Shown: positions 39,485 to 48,621 of the stretch, piece by piece
Layout: every line of letters starts with the position of its first letter
Position numbering within the stretch: the stretch's first letter is position 1
DNA from: a virus
DNA: 64,000 nt
IMG/VR virus record: IMGVR_UViG_3300031754_000003
Coordinates: 5,826-69,825 of that record
Strand: one strand, 5' to 3'
Notes under the pieces: generated by a model
What the model was told of the DNA's origin: nothing
The model's database searches: none
What the model saw: only the letters and a program-made list of their open reading frames with translations
Program-made: the position numbers and the translations under genes

Positions 39485-41662
39485 CTAACGGCATGACCAA
39501 AGCGTGCTCAATCCCTGACATTCGATAAACTGGCTAAGACCAAAAGAGGTCGGGACCGCAGCGATATTCCCGCCGGTGACAAAGGCAGCACCACCGCCAT
39601 TGACAAATCGCAGAACACGTCCCGGCCATATACTACCGATAGTCGAGACCGGCGTAGCGCCGGATAGAGTGACCAATGGTGAAAATCCAGGATCGATAGA
39701 GGCCGCTGCCGTCAAAGGCAATGACCTAGTGTCAATGTTGAAATTATTGACAAATATCGCTATCGCAGCGGGGCTCGCCCCCTGTATCGTCGTGTTTGGA
39801 TAATCGACAAAATGATTCCCCTGCACATTCAACTCTACATCCTTCGAATTATTCACAAAGTCTGTCAACACTGTGCTGACGGCGGTATCACAAGTGCCGC
39901 CTATCGTATTATTGAGGATGTCATGCCGGCCCATCCCGCCAGATTCTATCTCATATGCGGCGTATACACCCGGCGATTCAAAGCTGGCCCCGCAATCGAA
40001 GCCATTTATATATCTAACGTCGACTACATTTGCCCCGACATCTACGCCGATTGCTCCAGATAATTCCATCCGGTGTCCGTCGAATGCAATGTGTCCCACA
40101 TTGCCGCTGCCGGCCGTATTGAGTAGTTCCACTCCAACAGCCGGATTGAACACCGATACGCCGGGAGTACGACCATATCTGCCGCCGATCTGCCCAATCG
40201 AGCCTGTCCAGGTGTGGTCAAAAACAAGCTGCCCAATTTGGGCGCTAGAGGAAGTGGGGTTTATATAAATCCCATAGAAGTTGACGGTATCAAACGCGGC
40301 ATGCGTTATCCAGCCGCCGTCCACGACTTGGCCGGCCCCTGGATCGACCATGAACCCGACGTCCATATATAGCGCTTCCACGTTATCGCCGATGTAAGCG
40401 CCCCCCTCGTTTAGCAATTCGAAACCGGCTGTTCCGATATTCACGGTGCCGTTGGAAGACGGTCCTGCAGCAGCCTGAGCACCGATAGCTATATTAGAGA
40501 GCATTGCATCGATAGAAACGGCCCCAGGGCCAATTCTCACCAATCGGCAATTCGGTTGCAGCGCAGGGTTGGTGATACGCCAGTCTCGATAAGTATTCGT
40601 ATTTCCGTTCTCGTCCAATGCGTGGCACGCGTTGAGAATCACAAGGCGAGTGAGAACGGTTTGCTCGGCATTGTCGACGATCGCTGTCCCAGATGTCGCA
40701 TTGCTGCCGCTCGTTCCTGGCGAGACCGAGAAATTATCAAATTTACTCCCATTTGCTCCCGTATTTATGGTCAGCATCGTAGGATTAGCCGAACAGGCCA
40801 CGAAACCGCCATCGGCTGGGCCATTATCTGAGCCGCTCGCCGAGCCTTGCACAGTTATCGGGAAATTAAAAGTCAATGCGGTTATACAATATTCGTGCGA
40901 TCCAAGGATAACTTTGCCAGGATTGGAATTTAGCATTGCCGTAAAGGCCGCGTTATCATTGGTCACGCCATCGCCGACCGCTCCCCATACTCCCGGAAAG
41001 ACGCCTTCCGGGGGGATATGCAATAACCAACAACCCCCGCCCGATGCCTTTACTTGGGAGCCGTTATCACCATTGCCGCCGTTCAACGAACATGTGCCAG
41101 AAGAGTAATTATAGATCGCGGCCCCGCTATCGCCTGGAATCGTGAAGCCCTCACGATAGACGACCGAGGCTCCTGCCGTGCTCTCCAAAAGGAGAGCGGC
41201 GTTATTTGGAACCGCAGGTAGCCCCGTAACCGTAGCCCCAACGCATTGCGATACGATTCCGTTGATATCGCATTGTAATGGGAGTGGCGCCGCGCCCCCG
41301 AAAGCGTTGTAAGACAACAAACCGCCGCCCAAAGCGTTAGCATCGAAACTCAGCGCATGATAGCCATTTGTGCTATTTATCGGTGCGTCAAGTAAGCTTA
41401 CGTGTGTGCCGAATGGGCCGCTCCCAGGATCATGATTGACCTGTAGCAATTCGCTAAGCCCGGCTCCGGTCTGCGTTCCTGAAGCGCTAAGTCCGCTCGC
41501 AAACCCGCTATCCACGACGGCAGCGAAGCCCTGCCCTGGGCCAAGCTGGTACATCGGCACATGACCGCCGATCGCTGGTCCGGCTTGCAGCACGCTCTGC
41601 GCCCATGCCGGGGTATGGAGCAAAACTCCGACCAGTAGAGCCAAGGGCAATCTGATCTTCAT
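39485..41662 (-). CDS. tailspike-like pectate-lyase-3 beta-helix protein with signal peptide
   Basis: Start re-assigned to MKIRLPLALLVGVLLHTPAWA|Q; GFTIPGDSGAAIY...DNG...W and WGAVGDGVTNDNAAF tailspike motifs. Confidence 0.75.
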   Translation of the reverse strand: MKIRLPLALLVGVLLHTPAWAQSVLQAGPAIGGHVPMYQLGPGQGFAAVVDSGFASGLSASGTQTGAGLSELLQVNHDPGSGPFGTHVSLLDAPINSTNGYHALSFDANALGGGLLSYNAFGGAAPLPLQCDINGIVSQCVGATVTGLPAVPNNAALLLESTAGASVVYREGFTIPGDSGAAIYNYSSGTCSLNGGNGDNGSQVKASGGGCWLLHIPPEGVFPGVWGAVGDGVTNDNAAFTAMLNSNPGKVILGSHEYCITALTFNFPITVQGSASGSDNGPADGGFVACSANPTMLTINTGANGSKFDNFSVSPGTSGSNATSGTAIVDNAEQTVLTRLVILNACHALDENGNTNTYRDWRITNPALQPNCRLVRIGPGAVSIDAMLSNIAIGAQAAAGPSSNGTVNIGTAGFELLNEGGAYIGDNVEALYMDVGFMVDPGAGQVVDGGWITHAAFDTVNFYGIYINPTSSSAQIGQLVFDHTWTGSIGQIGGRYGRTPGVSVFNPAVGVELLNTAGSGNVGHIAFDGHRMELSGAIGVDVGANVVDVRYINGFDCGASFESPGVYAAYEIESGGMGRHDILNNTIGGTCDTAVSTVLTDFVNNSKDVELNVQGNHFVDYPNTTIQGASPAAIAIFVNNFNIDTRSLPLTAAASIDPGFSPLVTLSGATPVSTIGSIWPGRVLRFVNGGGAAFVTGGNIAAVPTSFGLSQFIECQGLSTLWSCR

Positions 41663-41666
41663 CTGC

Positions 41667-42116
41667 TCAGTCCCAGGAAATTGCGCAGATACCGCCCACA
41701 GGCACGGCCGATAAGACGACGCCAACTTTAAATGGCCAATCGAGTGGGAAGATTTTGCCCGCAAGATTATCGGCTGCGTTATACGGCAACGTCCATACAA
41801 GGTTAGCCGACGATACCGCCCCGGTTGTCGAACAGTCATTGAGCGTAAATGCCCCAGATGTTCCGCCTGGGGCGTTGACGATAACCCTACGTACTCGTCC
41901 TGGCCCAGCTTTGATGACGACGGCGGTCGAGAGATTCAGTGATGAATTGACGCCGCCAGCCTCGGTTGCGAGGTTGCCGAGCCCATCCGTGGTAGCTAGA
42001 CCGCCCGTGGCATCAGTCAGGATGACGTTCGGGATTAGCGCGCCTGTGCCGGTGACGGTCTCCACGAGCGATTGCGGCGTGGCGTTCGCATCGGTAATCC
42101 TGAGCGTACCCTGCAT
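41667..42116 (-). CDS. small beta-sandwich virion/decoration protein
   Basis: VIKAGPGRVRRVIVN...FTLND...DWPFKVGVV all-beta pattern; located in the structural module. Confidence 0.55.
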   Translation of the reverse strand: MQGTLRITDANATPQSLVETVTGTGALIPNVILTDATGGLATTDGLGNLATEAGGVNSSLNLSTAVVIKAGPGRVRRVIVNAPGGTSGAFTLNDCSTTGAVSSANLVWTLPYNAADNLAGKIFPLDWPFKVGVVLSAVPVGGICAISWD

Positions 42117-42449
42117 TTAGGTTTCCGGAAGAAACCGATAGGGCCAGCCTGCAAACAAGGCGGCGAAAAATAACGCGGGCGAGCCGAGACCAGCGCTGAT
42201 AGGTGGAGAGGGCGGCGCCGGACGGAACGGGTTCTGCCAGGAAATCGCGTTCTCAGGGCGCGGCGTGATGCCCCCTCGGTTCATTTCCGACGTCTCTTAT
42301 CAGGAACTTCCTCAACCTCAACAGGTCGAGGGCGCTCCCAGCCTGATGGTGACAAACCGGGGATATAGGCGGGGTTACCGCCGCCATTGATCCGTTCGAT
42401 ATGCGTCGCCCGCGGATGGTTGCTATCAAGTTCCTTGTGAAAGACCGCC

Positions 42450-42950
42450 TCAGCCATAGCGTCGGGTCTCCTGACTCTCGTCCTCAACATCCATTTCGAT
42501 GATCTGCAGGCGCACAGTGTCGCCACCCCATTGAGGGCTGTCTGTGCTCTCAACACGAGCCGTGCCGATCAAATGGATCGTATCTCCCTTCTCGCAGTCA
42601 TCATCGAGATCCAGCTTTTCGCAATCTCCGTCACACAGGCGGATCGCTACCGGCCGATCGAGCGATACGAATTCTCCATCGGGACCGGCCATTTCTCTCA
42701 ACTCAACCTCGATCCGCACATTCTCGCGGTCTCGGTAGACGCCGATCGCCGTCCCCATCGCGCCGAAGTGTAATGTCGCGTCAGGCTTTGGCTCGCCTTC
42801 GCAGATCTTGCTGAGATCGTCTTTATCGATCGAGAAGCTCAGGCCCTCCGGATAATCCGGGACATCTGGCGGAGCGCCCATCCCGAGCATCCGATCGATC
42901 TTCTCCTCGTCGTCGTACTCCATCGACTGATGTTTACGCAGGGCCTGCAC
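42450..42950 (-). CDS. capsid-staple-like protein with internal duplication
   Basis: DYPEGLSFSIDKDDLSKI and AIRLCDGDCEKLDL...GDTIHLIGTARV...VRLQIIEM are two similar halves. Confidence 0.5.
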   Translation of the reverse strand: MQALRKHQSMEYDDEEKIDRMLGMGAPPDVPDYPEGLSFSIDKDDLSKICEGEPKPDATLHFGAMGTAIGVYRDRENVRIEVELREMAGPDGEFVSLDRPVAIRLCDGDCEKLDLDDDCEKGDTIHLIGTARVESTDSPQWGGDTVRLQIIEMDVEDESQETRRYG

Positions 42951-43269
42951 CGCCGCCCTCTCCAGGTTCTGCCGAGGCGTTCTCAGCGGCCATCGGCTGA
43001 TCCCCGCCCATTTCCGACATATGGCGCCGGTTCATCGCCTCCATGCGTTCCATCTGCCGTTTGTGAAGCGCGTCGTGCTCGCCGCGGTGTTGACCGTGCA
43101 GATCCATGCGCTCGCGGCGCTGTGTTCTGAATTCGGTCTCCCGCTCGTCCGCGTGCCGGCCTTCCATCTCTTTGTGACCGCCTTCGCCATCACCGCGCTT
43201 CTCGCCAGAATCGCGCTCTTCGCGCTTGGCATAACGGCGTTCCGAACCAGTCTTTTCCTCAGCCATCAC
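42934..43269 (-). CDS. charged His/Met/Glu-rich small protein
   Basis: ORF with GGAG-type RBS in the late operon; low-complexity charged sequence. Confidence 0.55.
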   Translation of the reverse strand: MMAEEKTGSERRYAKREERDSGEKRGDGEGGHKEMEGRHADERETEFRTQRRERMDLHGQHRGEHDALHKRQMERMEAMNRRHMSEMGGDQPMAAENASAEPGEGGGAGPA

Positions 43270-43484
43270 TTGCTCTTTCGGTTGTAACGCCGCTCGACTC
43301 CGCCGTGGTGCCAGCCTTCCATCGTTTGAGCGCGGATCGCATCGCGGCGGATCTCGGGATTACTCGAATGAGCGGCAGCCGCGAGCCGATCTTGCGGGAT
43401 CTTCTCATCTTCAGAGATCCCTAACTCCCGGTGTAATTTACCCCGCTCTCCTCCGGGATTCCATTTGTGGCGACGTTCGGCCAT
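43266..43484 (-). CDS. conserved small basic phage protein
   Basis: GKLHRELGISEDEKIP motif. Confidence 0.6.
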   Translation of the reverse strand: MAERRHKWNPGGERGKLHRELGISEDEKIPQDRLAAAAHSSNPEIRRDAIRAQTMEGWHHGGVERRYNRKSK

Positions 43485-43503
43485 CGCTGGTTTCCGAGCT
43501 TGA

Positions 43504-43824
43504 TCAATCAGGGTCAGCACGTTGGGCAGGCTTTGTTGACTCAACTAGTTCGTAACTTCTGAGAAACAGGGTCGCCGAAGTCACCATCTGCGTGCCGTCC
43601 GCCAGGATCACGAGATAATCCCCCTTGTCCACGTCCCCGGAGCGAGCAACCGTGGCTGGCACGGTATGGGGAAGAAAGCCTTCGAGGATCAAAAGAGACC
43701 CACCCGTAGGCTCCGGTTTCGCATCTTCGATCTTGACCGCGCCAACGGTCCATGTGGCTCGATAACGAGGAAGCTCCGCAAGTGGATCATCGACCTGTAC
43801 ATCATCAACCTTGGATTTGCTCAT
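43504..43824 (-). CDS. hypothetical phage protein
   Basis: LPRYR...VGAVKI...GDYLVILADG...FLRSYE pattern. Confidence 0.6.
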   Translation of the reverse strand: MSKSKVDDVQVDDPLAELPRYRATWTVGAVKIEDAKPEPTGGSLLILEGFLPHTVPATVARSGDVDKGDYLVILADGTQMVTSATLFLRSYELVESTKPAQRADPD

Positions 43825-43830
43825 AGCAGA

Positions 43831-44043
43831 TCACCCAACTCCTTGACGTTCATTTCGGTCGCGATAGCGTCGGCTTGCCTTCTCGTCGCTGCGCTTCTCC
43901 GCATCAGAGAGAAGCTGTGTTCCGGTATCGGCTTTATTGAATTCTTTTGCTACGGATTGCGAGATCTTGTTCCGCTTGGCAAACGCCGGATCATGAGCTG
44001 CCGCCGCCATAAAGCGTGCTTGTTTTTCACTACTACTCGGCAT
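43831..44043 (-). CDS. conserved small basic phage protein
   Basis: MPSSSEKQARFMAAAAHDPAFAK...QSVAKEF; GGAG RBS. Confidence 0.65.
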   Translation of the reverse strand: MPSSSEKQARFMAAAAHDPAFAKRNKISQSVAKEFNKADTGTQLLSDAEKRSDEKASRRYRDRNERQGVG

Positions 44044-44235
44044 CTCCGCTCTCCCGTGCGATAAGCTCATCGGCTTTGCGCACGAGATCCTCGCCGAGAG
44101 CCCGCGCGGCGGTCGGGGTAAGCACTACAAACTCATCCATACGCCGCCGCCAGATGACGAGTCGAATAACCATCCCATCAAACTGCGCCTCGGCATGATC
44201 CTCATAATAGCTGGCCCCTTTTGGGGGCGCTCCAC

Positions 44236-44724
44236 TCACTGGAGTCGATACCATGTGCTTGTCAGCGAGATGTAGCGCCAGCAATAGGAGGTCCCCGCCA
44301 CCGTGGCTGCGACCGCCGTCCCAACGAGCGACTGCCCGGTGTTGGCCGATACGGTCAAGGTGGTCACGACTCCACTATCAAGGAGACAGAATTCCTGCCC
44401 ACTCCCCGGATTGGCAGGCATCGTGACCGTGCCCGTCGCAAGCGGCGTGGTCGCAGGGTTCAGGAAAAGCAGCGATGTAGTGTTGAGCGGAGTGATCGAG
44501 AACCCGGTCACCGGGACCGCGTCCTGCTCGTTCAGCATAGCGCCAATCTGTCCTGGATTCACAAACGGCTGCGCTGCTGACGGCGCCCCACCTGGTACGA
44601 TCGGCACGAGATCGGTCTGGGTCACCTTTCCGGGATTGGATGCCGGCGGGTTGAGTTGGGCAAAAGCCGGGCCGGCGAGCATCAGTGCGAATGCTCCCAT
44701 AGCGGCTATTTTACGGAATTGCAT
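44236..44724 (-). CDS. signal-peptide-bearing fibre/decoration-like protein
   Basis: MQFRKIAAMGAFALMLAGPAFA|Q; LATGTVTMPANPGSGQ...WRY...TWYR phage fibre-like module. Confidence 0.7.
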   Translation of the reverse strand: MQFRKIAAMGAFALMLAGPAFAQLNPPASNPGKVTQTDLVPIVPGGAPSAAQPFVNPGQIGAMLNEQDAVPVTGFSITPLNTTSLLFLNPATTPLATGTVTMPANPGSGQEFCLLDSGVVTTLTVSANTGQSLVGTAVAATVAGTSYCWRYISLTSTWYRLQ

Positions 44725-44744
44725 AGTAGGACTCCAAAGAAGGT

Positions 44745-45251
44745 TCAGTTAGGGTTCGACGGGCCTCCGTAAAGCGGCTTGCAATAAATCCGAACATCTA
44801 CTGTAGCCCCGCTTTGGCTGGTTCCGACGTTGAAATACACTTGGCTGAGGTTGAATGCCTCGGTGGTCGCCGCGACGGTTGGCGAATAGGCACTGCCGGC
44901 AGCGTTGAGTGCGGCGGCCGTCAACGTCGAGAGCACACCGTTGGCAACAACCGTAACACCCGTGGCACCTGCGGCGGTGAAAATCCCGGCCGCAGCCGAG
45001 CTGAGGGAGACGTTGGCGTTCGCGTAGATGACCTTGTCGATATAGTAGCTGCCACCGCCATTCAGGACGCTTGGTGCCGAGATCGGAATGATCTTATCGC
45101 CCGTGGCCGCGAGGCTCACCCCAAAAGCTTGGCCACATTGTACGCTACCCGGCGCATAGGCTTGCCAAGGTGTCGTCTGGAATTGAAATTGGGTTTGCGC
45201 CTCGGCCGCTATGGGGAGCAAGAGGGCAAACAAGAAAATGCGGTGTTTCAC
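44745..45251 (-). CDS. signal-peptide-bearing beta-sandwich protein
   Basis: MKHRIFLFALLLPIAAEA|Q; all-beta mature part ending TVDVRIYC. Confidence 0.68.
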   Translation of the reverse strand: MKHRIFLFALLLPIAAEAQTQFQFQTTPWQAYAPGSVQCGQAFGVSLAATGDKIIPISAPSVLNGGGSYYIDKVIYANANVSLSSAAAGIFTAAGATGVTVVANGVLSTLTAAALNAAGSAYSPTVAATTEAFNLSQVYFNVGTSQSGATVDVRIYCKPLYGGPSNPN

Positions 45252-45261
45252 CTGAAGCCTT

Positions 45262-46110
45262 TCATTGCTGCACGTAGGTCAAATTCCCCGCCAGCGCCGC
45301 GGTGCCAGATTGAAGAAGACAGATACCATTTGCCGCCGTCGCCGTCACGCCGACAGTCCCGGCTCCGTTCCCGTAAGCCATACCCCCGTTCGCCGCATAA
45401 CTCTCGCCGCTCGCCGCTGTGGTTGAGCCCCAGACGGCTGCCTCATTCGCTGTCGTACACGCCGCTCCGGTTCCTTCGATCAAGCTAACTACCGCCGCCG
45501 TGGCCGCGAGCACATGATAAGAGCAGACATAGACTTTCTTGCTTGCGCTTCCGGCGACGAGTTGCGTATTCCCCGAACTGGTCGCGATCGCCACGTTAGT
45601 CTTAGCCGCACTCGTACATGGATCACTCGTCGTGACCGCAACCGTACCGCCCGTCTGTTGCATCGGCGAGCCGAGCGTGGTGTTGATCGTCGTTAGCGCA
45701 GTGTTTCCGGTCGTCTGCAGTGTGCTCGTAGCGGCTAATGCCGGGAGCGGAAGTGAGGTAGCCGAAATCGGAAAGACCGCCCCCGTGCCAGGCTGGACAT
45801 ACCAGGAATCGGCCGCAGCGTCGGTGCCTTTAGCCCCCTGAGCTACGGTACCGACCGTGATCGTTCCGCTGAAAGTCGCGCCGGTGCAGAGGTTGCCATT
45901 CACGTCTTCCGTAAGCGGCGCTTGGGTTAGGGCCGTGTATGGCCATTGCCCAGATGAATATGGGGCAGTCCCGCATGACGTGACGACGATGGCAGTCGAA
46001 AAAGGCGTAGTTATTGTTTGCGCCGATTGTACCGAAATGCTCGCAACAATGCCGGCAGTGACAACCGCCGCCGCTATAGCCGGGATTGCGCGAGAGAACC
46101 TCAATATCAA
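45262..46110 (-). CDS. signal-peptide-bearing protein, C-terminal domain paralogous to 21075-21665
   Basis: Hydrophobic N-terminus ending VQSA|Q; KKVYVCS...LIEGTGAAC...NGG...GNG...CLL. Confidence 0.7.
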   Translation of the reverse strand: MILRFSRAIPAIAAAVVTAGIVASISVQSAQTITTPFSTAIVVTSCGTAPYSSGQWPYTALTQAPLTEDVNGNLCTGATFSGTITVGTVAQGAKGTDAAADSWYVQPGTGAVFPISATSLPLPALAATSTLQTTGNTALTTINTTLGSPMQQTGGTVAVTTSDPCTSAAKTNVAIATSSGNTQLVAGSASKKVYVCSYHVLAATAAVVSLIEGTGAACTTANEAAVWGSTTAASGESYAANGGMAYGNGAGTVGVTATAANGICLLQSGTAALAGNLTYVQQ

Positions 46111-46922
46111 TCGATCCGATACGGCTGCGCCGATGTGGCGATCTCATGCGCAGCCTGAGGCGGGGAGCGCGGATCGAACTTACGTTCCTCGGGAGGATCG
46201 GCAACAATCTGCACCGGCGAGTTTTCGGGCAAGCCCGCCCTCTGGAATGGTGTAGTTCCCGGAATCTGCCCGCGCTGCCGCCGCTCTATTTCGGCCTCAT
46301 AGACTCGCTCGGCAATCCCTTGTTGCGGACCTCCGATCCATTGCATGAATGCTCGATGAACAGCAGTCGCGGCTTTCGTCAGCGGCTGCATATGCTCGTT
46401 TGGATAGAGAAAAGTGACGATTTCGCTGCCCGGCCGATATTCGATCTCTCCCGCGAACAACGGCTGCCCTACCAAGCGATACCGCAATTCATCGCCATCT
46501 CTGCGGGCTTTATCGATCAACGCCTGCATATCAACAAACCCTTGCGCGCGCCGGTCTATTTCATCAGCGGGTAAAGGTTTGTGATAGCCCGGCAATTGCG
46601 CCGCGTGAACCGATGTAGAGCGTTCGATTGCCGTGACTAACGCCATCATGGTGGCATTGTTCGGATCAGGAGGTGCCGCGCCTAGTTCAGCCAGACGCTT
46701 GCGCACCGCAGCCTCAACCAGCGCCTCAATTTGAGGGCCGATCTCATTATCTTGTTGCCCGATGCCGAGATCTGCGTCCGAAGGCTCTTCAGGCAATCCA
46801 CCGGTGGCGTTTTCTTCGGCGCGATCGCGCTCCACCACCCCATCACGTGCCAATTCTGGAGGTGGAGAGGCGGGCCGAAGCGGGCCGAGACGAATTTCGG
46901 ATTGAACCATCCTACCCGCCAT
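46107..46922 (-). CDS. hypothetical phage protein downstream of the capsid genes
   Basis: Long ORF in the late operon. Confidence 0.6.
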   Translation of the reverse strand: MAGRMVQSEIRLGPLRPASPPPELARDGVVERDRAEENATGGLPEEPSDADLGIGQQDNEIGPQIEALVEAAVRKRLAELGAAPPDPNNATMMALVTAIERSTSVHAAQLPGYHKPLPADEIDRRAQGFVDMQALIDKARRDGDELRYRLVGQPLFAGEIEYRPGSEIVTFLYPNEHMQPLTKAATAVHRAFMQWIGGPQQGIAERVYEAEIERRQRGQIPGTTPFQRAGLPENSPVQIVADPPEERKFDPRSPPQAAHEIATSAQPYRID

Positions 46923-46927
46923 CAGGC

Positions 46928-47479
46928 TCAGTAGCTCGCGGGATAGGTCGGAGTATCATCCAACCCGGTCGCTATACCCGCATATGCGATCGTGCCCGCA
47001 GTGAAGGTGTTCACAACCAAATAATTGAGCCGGAAAAACCGCGGAAGGTTTTGACCCGGCGCGCGTGGTGGGATCGTGAACTCGGCAATCTTTTGTGTTT
47101 GAAGATTGCCTGTGAGCGCTCCAGCGAGCTGAGCGACGGTCAAGGCGCCGGTCTCGGCAATCGTCGTCCAGGCGTTCGGGCTATAGGGTGGAGTCCCGCT
47201 TACGCCGCTATCGATCGATTCCTGCAATTGGACATTCAGCGTGGCGCCCGAACCAGCGAACGCCGTGCCGATGATGCACATGATCTTCGGCGGGCTTACC
47301 CCGTCGCCGATGCCGATATCCTCGCCAAACACCGCGTTTGAAACCCCAAACCAGTTCGGCGGCGCATTGCCGACACCAACGCCAGCAAAATCGATGATGC
47401 CAGTTGATGGGGCGCCTGGCGCCGCAATGGCAAGGCTTTGATTGCTCGAAAGTGTGAGCTGGCTGTCGAGTATAGCCAT
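46928..47479 (-). CDS. capsid cement protein (Bbp16-like)
   Basis: MAILDSQLTLSSNQ...LNVQLQ...RFFRLNY...FTAGTI; immediately after the major capsid gene. Confidence 0.75.
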   Translation of the reverse strand: MAILDSQLTLSSNQSLAIAAPGAPSTGIIDFAGVGVGNAPPNWFGVSNAVFGEDIGIGDGVSPPKIMCIIGTAFAGSGATLNVQLQESIDSGVSGTPPYSPNAWTTIAETGALTVAQLAGALTGNLQTQKIAEFTIPPRAPGQNLPRFFRLNYLVVNTFTAGTIAYAGIATGLDDTPTYPASY

Positions 47480-48538
47480 TTAGACAACCCTCGCTTCCGT
47501 TGAAAGCATCTTGTCGACGACACGTAGAGGTACACCGTTGATATCTGTCACCGGGCCGCCGGCATAGTCGCGGGGGCCAAGCAGGACGTTTCTGTCACGG
47601 ATCGCTTGGATATCCATGTACCCGCGCACAGTGCGGTTTGCGTAAAACGCCGGCCGCACGACGAGACCCGCTTCGGCTCGCGCATCTGTTTCGGTGATGC
47701 CGCTGATATTGCGCGCCATCTTGGGCAAACGCAGGACCATTTTACGCATGGTCGCGTAAATGTCCGCCGCATTCGGGCCACCCAGACCGGCGTTCGTCAC
47801 GTCGAGGTTACAGTACCGGCATCCCCACCGCCAATCCTCGACGCACAATCCCGCTTCCTGCCGGAACCACGTGACGACTGCTCGATAGGGATTGCCTAGC
47901 GAGTCGTAAGCGAGCTGCACATAATCGAGCGGCTCAACCGTCAAACCAGCTTTGGCGCCCTTCGGGAAAACGCCGTACATCGACCTGGGGGACCAACCGG
48001 CAAGGAACAGCGAAGCGTTGGATGTTCCCACGCCTCCGCCGTCGAAAACATTTGCCGCGACCGGGGAATTCGCCGGGTTCACGGTATTATAGAATGCCGT
48101 GAAAAATCCCGAGAACGACGCTGGGTTGGCCGGCTGATTGCCGTAAAAGAATTGCCCGGCGATGTTCTGCGCCATGCCTTCGAGAATGCCGTTGTCTTCC
48201 TGGTAACGCATCCGGTTCTGCTCGCGGGAGCCCCCAGCCATTTCCAAGAGTTTGCGGTCAATAGTCGAGTTCTCTTCAAGCATCCCGGTGTTGACCCGGC
48301 CCTGCGCAGTAGTGGTCTTCGCCATCGGCACGCCTTGCCCGATGAAACGCCACCATCCCTGCGGAATCGAGGTTCGCACGGTAAAGACGTGGCCCGTATT
48401 AGTGTTGCCTTCTTTCCATACGAGATCATCGTAAATCTCGTCCGCCATGGATAGAAGCTCAGCAATCTCGGCCGCCTCCCCACTCGGGTCGGTGCGTCGG
48501 GCTAGGTCGATCAGACTAAGTTGCGAACCAGTCGCCAT
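47480..48538 (-). CDS. major capsid protein (BPP-1 Bbp17-like, HK97 fold)
   Basis: IAELLS...EGNTNTGH...RTSIP.GWWR, GLCVEDWRWGCRYCNLD, GVPLRVVDKMLSTEARVV. Confidence 0.88.
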   Translation of the reverse strand: MATGSQLSLIDLARRTDPSGEAAEIAELLSMADEIYDDLVWKEGNTNTGHVFTVRTSIPQGWWRFIGQGVPMAKTTTAQGRVNTGMLEENSTIDRKLLEMAGGSREQNRMRYQEDNGILEGMAQNIAGQFFYGNQPANPASFSGFFTAFYNTVNPANSPVAANVFDGGGVGTSNASLFLAGWSPRSMYGVFPKGAKAGLTVEPLDYVQLAYDSLGNPYRAVVTWFRQEAGLCVEDWRWGCRYCNLDVTNAGLGGPNAADIYATMRKMVLRLPKMARNISGITETDARAEAGLVVRPAFYANRTVRGYMDIQAIRDRNVLLGPRDYAGGPVTDINGVPLRVVDKMLSTEARVV

Positions 48539-48621
48539 CTAGTAGGGCTCCATCTAGGGAGAGCGGCGTCTCGCGACGCTGCCGGAAAGCCGTTGCCCAA
48601 GCGGCAATCTATGTGGGCTGT

